From Catajapyx aquilonaris (lineage: Eukaryota): a stretch of DNA of 30,044 bases. The stretch covers positions 62,001 through 92,044 of the forward strand of contig JYFJ02001227.1 of the NCBI GenBank assembly GCA_000934665.2, in the 5' to 3' direction. Within the stretch, counting starts at the first letter, position 1, and each line of letters opens with the position of its first letter. The notes beneath the pieces were generated by a model, which was given only the letters and a program-made list of their open reading frames with translations, did no database searches and was not told the DNA's origin. The translations under genes and the position numbers were made by a program. This document shows, piece after piece, positions 23,118 to 30,044 of the stretch.

Positions 23118-23464
23118 AGTACTAGTTAACATTCTCATTTCTTATTGGAGCAATTTAAGGATAGAATCGACTGTCGTTTTAGTTTGTACGCCTTGCCATT
23201 AATTTGCGCAGGCGCCATAAGCTTCAACGTTGGTCCTGGAAACCCCAGTGTGGCTCGGTGTGGCTTGATGTCGCAGTTAGTTTGTTAGCTTCCGCTAGAT
23301 GACGGACAATGTTGCTGAAGCAGCAATATTGTTTCTGGAGCTGATCAGATATAGGTGCAGATATGAAATATCCGATTACATGTGTAAAACAGCAAAGAGT
23401 AGCTCTCTCGTCGCCATTTGCGGCCATTCTAATTTTGCAGGGAGTAAAAATCGATATTAAGTTT

Positions 23465-23698
23465 GATTCTGGTTCTGATTCTGATTCTGACAAAAACTGA
23501 AATAGACTGTCCTATTTCAGTTCTTTTCAGAAGCAGAATCGAAATAGAGCCGTAAATTTCGATTCTGATTCTAAAAAGAACTGAAATAGGACAGTCTATT
23601 TCAGTTTTTGTCAGAACCAGAATCGAAATAGAGCCGTCGATTTCGATTCTGATACTGAAATGAACTGAAATAGGGCAGTCAATTTCGATTATGATTCG
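23465..23698. repeat. 84-bp-period array of self-complementary units (nested inverted and tandem repeats)
   Basis: 23477-23545 and 23556-23624 are near-perfect reverse complements. Each arm is itself a hairpin (AACTGAAATAG...CTATTTCAGTT). GAAATAGAGCCGT recurs at 23541 and 23625. Confidence 0.85.
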
Positions 23699-23895
23699 GA
23701 GGAGAGGGGGGGCGTCCGCTGACAGGGTGATTGGAAATCGGCAAATCGCCATGCATTGTAGTGTGCGGGATTCCCAGCACTATATTTTGGGCAAGGTGGG
23801 GGAAGGCCGGAGCGGATGCCCGCGGGGAAGGTGACATACCAGTCTGGCGATAGTGTAAAGGTCTGGTAAAGGTAGTGAAAGGATTGACCCTTTTG

Positions 23896-23898
<3 letters not shown>

Positions 23899-23962
<64 letters not shown>
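23899..23962. repeat. (TC)n dinucleotide microsatellite
   Basis: About 32 perfect TC units; these produce the spurious ERERER ORF. Confidence 0.98.
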
Positions 23963-23966
<4 letters not shown>

Positions 23967-24619
23967 CCTCCCTACCTTCTTGCGGGGAGTTGATGGTGCC
24001 CGGAAGAACGGCTGATGGGCATGGGGAGGGCCTAGCTCGGGGGTGTGAGTGGCATGTCAGATGGTACAACAATGTTCACCCGCCAGTTTTCTAGAGAAAC
24101 AACATTTGGCACATAGTGTGGCACCATGTCTAAATGTTTAAATATTCGCCCCACTGACCTTGACATGGTGCCACACTTCGGGGCCATCCAAAAATTACGT
24201 AATGCTGATCTTCGGCTTTTTTGACCCCCCCTACCCCATGTAACGGATAGTAACGCTGGGCCAGCCCCCCCCCCTACCCCCATGTAACGCGTAACTTACT
24301 ATAGTCACGCTGCCCTCCCCCCCCCCAACCCCGATTTTTTCAAAGCCACGCTGACCTAATTTGTTTATTTGTACGTCAATTTTATGGAATTTCGAATATA
24401 TAACAATGTATTTAACACACTTCGACTACCCCCTCCCTCCCAGCACCCACCTTTAAACCCAATTTAATATCCTTTCTTGTATGCTAAATATATTACAAAG
24501 GCCAAATTGAGAAGTAATATAAAACTCACCTTTATTCTCTGAATTATAGTAAATTATTATGGTTATTAAATTGCCATCGGATATAAATCGTTATTAGATA
24601 GCACACCCTTAGAGCACAC

Positions 24620-24962
24620 CAACGAGATAGAATAGGGTAGAGGCCGTAAAGGTCACGTGATCTTTGGCGTCCATGACACTTCACGGCAAGAACATGCGCT
24701 CATTTGAAATTGCCGTATTTCTAACCCTGTTCTCCTGTCTACACTCCTGCCTCCTGGCGGGGGTAGGAAGAAAAGTCAGTCTGGTGCAACGCACCAGACT
24801 GCCTTTTCTTCCTAGTCCCGCCAGGAGGCAGGAGATGAGAACAGGGTTAGCGATACTACAATTTCAAAGTTCTTGCCGTGAAGTGGCATGGCCGCCCGAT
24901 GTCCGCCATTTTGCTTCAAAGATGTCCGACCTTTACGGCCTCTACCCTATTCTATCTCGTTG
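24620..24962. mobile_element. 343-bp fold-back MITE with 8-bp TSD (P-element- or hAT-type)
   Basis: Perfect 35-bp termini CAACGAGATAGAATAGGGTAGAGGCCGTAAAGGTC. Complementarity continues with indels to the centre CTGGTGC-AAC-GCACCAG (24781-24797). TSD GAGCACAC at 24612-24619 and 24963-24970. Confidence 0.9.
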
Positions 24963-24979
24963 GAGCACACCATTCTTTC

Positions 24980-25216
24980 CAGGGTAACCTCCATGGGTGT
25001 CTCCCCCACCTAGACAGGGTATTGTCTCTCCGACATATTGGACCTAAATCAGATTGGATCTGCATGCAGTGAAAAAATGTCCTTGAAAAAAAATTGACGC
25101 TTGCCAATTTCCTATCCTCCAGCATGCAATCTAGCTCCAATATGGACGCCCCATAAGGACTACGTGGAAACAATACCCTGGTTAGGGTGGGGGAGGCAAC
25201 CATGTAGGGGACCCTG
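24980..25216. mobile_element. hAT-type MITE (CAGGG termini, 8-bp TSD)
   Basis: Imperfect TIRs of about 48 bp, CAGGGTAACCTCCATGGGTGTCTCCCCCACC... versus ...GGTGGGGGAGGCAACCATGTAGGGGACCCTG. TSD ATTCTTTC at 24972-24979 and 25217-25224. Confidence 0.85.
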
Positions 25217-25504
25217 ATTCTTTCTACAGGCCAGACCACTAATAACAGAGCTGCTTAATTTATAATAACCTAATATTTCTGATAACGTCTAATATTCAAA
25301 AGTAACTGCTTCGATGACGTCATTTGCCAATCCAGGCACTGGCGGCGTAATTGTAAAATGTTATGAAATTGAATGTTTCCAATTAATTGTATTTAAATTA
25401 GGGCATTACGTAACGGTCGGCCGGACTCCCCCCTCCCCATTGTAACGGCATGTCACGCTGGCGTTGACNCCCCCCAAAGCGTTACGTAATTTATGGATGG
25501 CCCC

Positions 25505-25568
25505 TTCTCAGAATTACGGGCGACCAGACCGACTAAATAGTTGGTCTGGTCGCCCATAAATCTGAGAA
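25505..25568. repeat. Hairpin remnant of the element into which the Harbinger-type element inserted
   Basis: TTCTCAGAATTACGGGCGACCAGACCGACTA pairs with TAGTTGGTCTGGTCGCCCATAAATCTGAGAA. The stem extends into TGCCACAC (24169-24176) on the far side of the insertion. Confidence 0.75.
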
Positions 25569-25587
25569 TTGTGACATTGGACATCAC

Positions 25588-26219
25588 TAGAGAACGGATT
25601 TCTAGGTTCTAAAAAACCCTTAAATAGGTAGGCATTTAGGCCCTGAAAACAGTCAAAATAGGCTCTTAAATAGGCACTATAAATCAGGCTGGTTCTAATT
25701 TATTTTAATTTCTACACAATGGAATTTTGCAGCACAGTAACAAACTAGCAGTTATTCCATATTTTCGTTGGTTAATCGCAGTTATTCGGCGACATTAAGA
25801 TCCTCCCTCACGGGGAGCCAATATGGCAGATAGAAAAGCCGTCGGGCCGAATGTAGCAGCTTATTTCACGGCTATTAATAACCGTTATTTCGAGTCGCAA
25901 TAACGGTTAACGGCATATTTCCCAGGATCTTACCCATCAACCGCTTCTTCTCTCGTCAGAGGTTGAAGTGGGGGGGATTCCTTGAATGGAAAACCAGCAG
26001 AACTCTCGAAAATCTTACCGAATGGCGTGAAAAAGGTGGAAATAGGCACTAATATGTGCTAATAGGCCATTTAGGTCCCAACACCCGAAATAGGCATTTT
26101 TAGGTTCTATAAAACTACGATTTTTGAGTTCCTTGTGTTATGAAACGGATAGATATTTTGATTCCGGTGTTCTGCCTACAAAATAAAAAGTAGGTAAAAA
26201 CCTAGAAATCCGTTCTCTA
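25588..26219. mobile_element. hAT-type MITE (TAG termini)
   Basis: Perfect 21-bp TIR TAGAGAACGGATTTCTAGGTT and repeated subterminal TAGGCA/TAGGT motifs. Degenerate 8-bp flanks GACATCAC/GATGTCAA. Confidence 0.8.
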
Positions 26220-27636
26220 GATGTCAAAAAAAAACAAAAGAACGTCAATTTCAGTTGACGCTTTTATTTGTCATTTTTTTGCTGATGTCCAATATATTGG
26301 ACATCAGGTCTCAGGAGGATATGCTATTTTATAATTAAACCAGACTAACACTTGGCCGGTAGCACTCCAAGATTGTTGCCTTCCTGCATAAAAAGAGCGG
26401 AGCTTGCTTCTCCAACCTGAATGAGGCCGGCAACCCTCATCCCCAAAAAATTATGGCATGCCCACTGGCTCCCTCTGCATGCATAAGTTGAAGTCGCCTT
26501 AGGTTATGATTTTCTGTGTGAAGTTAGGTTAGGTTATTCATTGTTAATAAAGAAGTAGTCATTTCAGTAGCCAGCAGTTGTGTTACATTTTTGCATCGTC
26601 TTTTCAGGAGGAAAACCCCACATAAAAATTGGTGTTAGATAGTAAGAAAATTCAATTGTGGCAATAAGAATACAATGATACACACTTTTGTTTCATATTT
26701 AGAGATATAAGCGCAAGAGTCCACCTGGAGCGTTCTGGAGCGAAGGCGGTTGGAAAACTGGCAAAAAATGTTCGCAGCTTGGCTTCACTCCATATTGGAC
26801 CCTAATGCCGACCCTGCCAGCATTAGCAAAATTCATGACGTCATACAACCGAAATATTAATATAGCACCGCCTTATTTTATTGAGCAGAAACATACGGAG
26901 GTTCCCACTCTGGAAAAATCGGGGGGAAAATGCTGAATGAAGTACAGAATACGCCATACGGTGTAAAATGAACTCCATATAATAGGCTACCACCTTTATT
27001 TGAACATGCAACAATCGTAATCTATCAATCCTGGACAGCACATTCTTTTGTACATCAAAAATGGTTTGTCTTATGGGATTTTGCGCATTTAAATACGCGT
27101 GACCTAATGACCCTAAATTTTTAAAAGAACTTTGATTCGTGCTCTATTCTTTATGGAGAATTATCGCACCAAATTTCATTAAGATCATGAAATTAGGGGT
27201 GAACCTGGCCGCACGTACCATATACTACCCACTCACGCTGATCCTATCGAAGAGGTATATGTGCACCGTACTCCCGATTATCCGGGCTAATGACTGCACA
27301 GGTGTTTCCGGATAATCGCAAAACAGGGATAATCGGGAAATTGGTCCTCGACATCGTAAAAAATGAGCTATTCGCAGGTTTTTAATGCGTACTACTGTAC
27401 AGAGAGTATGCTGCTTGATTGTATCAAAATAATGAAACTTTACCATAGGGCATAGATTTTTACTTTGTCTTCTAGGAAAAGTTATATTTCTTCATTGGCG
27501 AGACAAATTGGCAGTAGGTCAAAGAGGCCTTACAACCTCACCCTTTTACAGCCCAAACCGCTATTCCGGAGGAATCGAGGTGGTGGGTTGTTCTGAGTAA
27601 CCACTAACCACTCAACCACTCAACCACTAAATTCGA

Positions 27637-27897
27637 AGGAAGCGGTTCTTTTTCCATCCCTACACAGAAGCGCTTCTAAGGAAGCGGTTCTTTTTTCCAG
27701 CCCTGCACAGAAGCGCTTCTCGCAGCGGTTCCTGGATTTGCAACTGAGTGAGAAGCGGTTGCCACAGAATATTGTCGAATAGGTACTGAAAGCGGTAGTG
27801 GTATTTAAGCGCTTCCGCATTGGCGAAGCGGTTGTCGGTAGCGGAAGCGTAAGAAGCGGTTCTGATGGGAAAGGAAGCGGTGATTTTTCCATCCCTG
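27637..27897. mobile_element. Right end of a hAT-like MITE with GAAGCGG subterminal repeats and a tandem duplication of about 42 bp
   Basis: Ends in TTTTCCATCCCTG (reverse complement CAGGGATGGAAAA). There are many GAAGCG(G) motifs and two tandem copies of AAGGAAGCGGTTCTTTTTCCA.CCCT.CACAGAAGCGCTTCT. The left TIR was not found. Confidence 0.55.
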
Positions 27898-28827
27898 CCT
27901 CTGAAAGTCTTTGCAGAGTTACAATAAACACCCTGTATATCAGATCAAATTGTAATCGCCGGACCTTCAAAACATACCAAAGGTCATCTGTATATGTGTT
28001 ACCGTTTTTGCATAATTAAAAAATACTCGCCATGACTTTTGACTCAGTCCATGTAATTTCAAAGTCATTGGGCCAGAGATGACCAAAACATAATAAAAAC
28101 CATCCTTACGTCGCCCATGATGAGAAAAAGGCGTCAGAATTCTTTTCTTCCCAAAATCCTAAATGTGTGCAGTACAGGGTTAACCTAACATGAGGCCACA
28201 AAAAATCTTTATTCATTTGTGCATGCAATGAGTCTATGCCCAGCCTTTCATGAAAAATCCCTATACCTATTACTTCTTCACAATCTTATAGATATCTATT
28301 TTTTACAGAGTTTGTTTGTGAGTTTGTTCGGTATAGAAATTCAGGGGAATGCCCCTTCACCGCCGTAAACTAGCACACCGGGGGTTACTTTTACGAGGAA
28401 TTTAATGCCGCATGTTTCAGCTTCCGAAAATGATGAGCCTAACTTCCACAGCACGCACATTCCTCTCACTGCACCCCTCAACAATATCCAACGAACAATA
28501 ACAACTAACATATCAATAATAACAATATCCCCTCAACGATTTCCCATTTTTCAAGTTCCCATGGAGATGACATCGCACAACAATATGCATATTATACCAG
28601 GGGTCACTACATTTGCGTATATTTCCTGCCACAGTCATATCGCATAAAAGTCTGGTGCCTCTCTTCTTCTTTGAGCAAAACTTTCTATACTAACTAAAAT
28701 GACCCACATACGTACTGTACAAGTGTATAGAGTCTGTATAAAGTAAAATTTGGCAAGGCATACTAACAATCCAAACTGTAGTGTTAAAAGTTTCACATTT
28801 CTTCCCAACCATACCCAGCACTGAGAT

Positions 28828-29226
28828 TGTGACCGAATTTGATCGTGCTCATAATATGCCCCACTTGATGGATGCTATATTGTATCACAATGTACATGTA
28901 CCATTCCAACCTTGCTTCCCACGCACGTGTCGCATATCTATCACGTGACTCCTGCTAACATCGCATACCCATCTCGCACTGGGGCACTACCTATATAACC
29001 GGGTGCAGATCGACACTCGAGGCTTAGTAGCCAGGACAATATTCTGGCCAGCAGTCACGCCTCTCCGGAGGTTACCTACCATTACCTAGTTATCCTTTAT
29101 GCCTCTCTGGTTACCTACCTTTACCTAGCTCTCCTTACGTACTCATTTGCTTGCAAATATACATACTGTGCTTGAACGAACCCATCTTGATTTTTCTTAT
29201 GTGCGTACCCTACCGCTCGGGTCACA
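28828..29226 (+). mobile_element. 5' LTR of a Gypsy-type LTR retrotransposon (399 bp)
   Basis: TGTGACC...GGTCACA inverted termini and TATATAA near 28992. A tRNA primer-binding site follows 8 bp downstream. Confidence 0.8.
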
Positions 29227-29234
29227 CGTAAACG

Positions 29235-29252
29235 TGGTGTCAGAAGTGGGAT
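29235..29252 (+). promoter_or_regulatory. Primer-binding site complementary to the tRNA-Leu(CAA) 3' end
   Basis: TGGTGTCAGAAGTGGGAT is the reverse complement of ATCCCACTTCTGACACCA, the conserved 3' end of metazoan tRNA-Leu(CAA). Confidence 0.88.
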
Positions 29253-29627
29253 AGGTTTCTCCTTTGTGAGTTACTTATCGGTTCAGACAGTTACGAGTAC
29301 ATATCCCCATCTCCCAGGTTTGAAGTGTATAGGTGGATATTGTATTATACAAGTCTCACGAGTACATACGCCGGTGTGGGCTTTGCGAAAAAGCACTTGC
29401 TCAAGGGTTTGTGTACAGTTGTACACGTGACAGTGTTTTCGTATAGGGACCGGTGTCTAAGTTGCGCTACGAGCACAGAGCACACGTTGAAGGGTCCAAA
29501 TACGAGGGTATTTGTGGAGTGTATATCTGGTGTGTAACAAGGAACGGTGTGCTTTTCCCTCGACGGGATTAAGGGTGACACCCCCCTTTTTGGGTTTGTT
29601 GGTCCACCCCCTTTGCGGGTTAAGGCC

Positions 29628-29684
29628 ATGAGTACTGATGTTACGAAATGGTGCAAAGAATGTCTCGTCTGTCAGCAGACAAAG
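29628..29684 (+). pseudogene. Fragment of a Gypsy integrase zinc-binding (H2C2) domain
   Basis: MSTDVTKWCKECLVCQQTK matches the M..DV..(W/Y)..C..CQ..K pattern. The match is short, with no adjoining RT, RNase H or integrase core. Confidence 0.55.
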
Positions 29685-29891
29685 TCTCCACGAACTAACA
29701 AGGGAAGTGTCTGTAGTGCAATCGGCCAATCGGCCCGAAAATGACACTAGGGGTAAATCGCAGGCCAGAAATTCATTGGTGAAAGTAAAAAGTCGCATTA
29801 GCCAAGCGTTTTCGAGATATGGGCGACTATAGGTGCCCGGCAAACCTGCTCGGTGACAATGGGGCGCATTCGGCAGAAGAAATTATAAACA

Positions 29892-29950
29892 GTCTTCGTG
29901 GCTCAGTCGGTAGCGCGTCCGCGTCATGATCCGAAGTCTCCGCGTTAACG
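29892..29950 (+). other. Truncated tRNA(Met)-like sequence (SINE head or tRNA pseudogene)
   Basis: GTCTTCGTGGCTCAGTCGGTAGCGCGTCCGCGTCATGATCCGAAG has an A box and D arm and a TCATGA anticodon-loop-like segment. The B box and T arm are degenerate. Confidence 0.45.
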
Positions 29951-30044
29951 TTGATATTTCGCTTCTCTCATTTGTGTCCTTGTCAACTCGCAATAACTGC
30001 TCAATGAAACCGCAACCATAAATGAACGCGTGTACATCGTAAAC

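Larger units (their letters stand above)
24180..25504. mobile_element. PIF/Harbinger-type non-autonomous element carrying two nested MITEs
   Basis: TIR GGGGCCATCCAAAAATTACGTAATGCT versus AGCGTTACGTAATTTATGGATGGCCCC. 3-bp TSD TTC at 24177-24179 and 25505-25507. Subterminal CCCCATGTAACG motifs. Confidence 0.82.

Noticed and set aside
23465..23752. CRISPR-like array or repeat protein (IEIDCPISV...)
   Set aside because: The context is eukaryotic, there are no unique spacers or cas genes, and the ORF merely translates the repeat.
28290..28700. Non-autonomous Helitron start (TCTAT...GTTTGTTTGT)
   Set aside because: The 5' end is suggestive, but I found no 3' hairpin plus CTRR terminus.

Overview
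Eukaryotic, AT-rich, transposon-dense genomic DNA. An arthropod (probably insect) origin is inferred from the gene and TE types and is not verified. There are two host-gene fragments in convergent orientation. On the + strand is the last coding exon of a Ras-superfamily small GTPase (Rhes/RASD/Di-Ras-like, ending in CAAX 'CAVS'; 3166-3499). On the - strand is the terminal exon of a tandem C2H2 zinc-finger gene with 12 fingers (20536-21621), followed in frame by a decayed 13th finger. Most of the rest is mobile-element debris: a degenerate Mutator (MULE)/SWIM transposase, a tRNA-derived SINE, a probable solo LTR, a Gypsy-type 5' LTR with a tRNA-Leu primer-binding site and an integrase fragment, and a dozen or more MITEs. 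Several MITEs have readable TIRs and TSDs (TA, TTAA, AATT, 3 bp, 8 bp, 9 bp), and several are nested. I found no convincing novel biological system. The best leads are the internally duplicated zinc-finger array with diversified DNA-contact residues, the nested insertions whose order can be reconstructed, and an 84-bp 'palindrome of palindromes' upstream of the zinc-finger exon. Three single-N positions (11291, 17657, 25469) mark assembly uncertainty.
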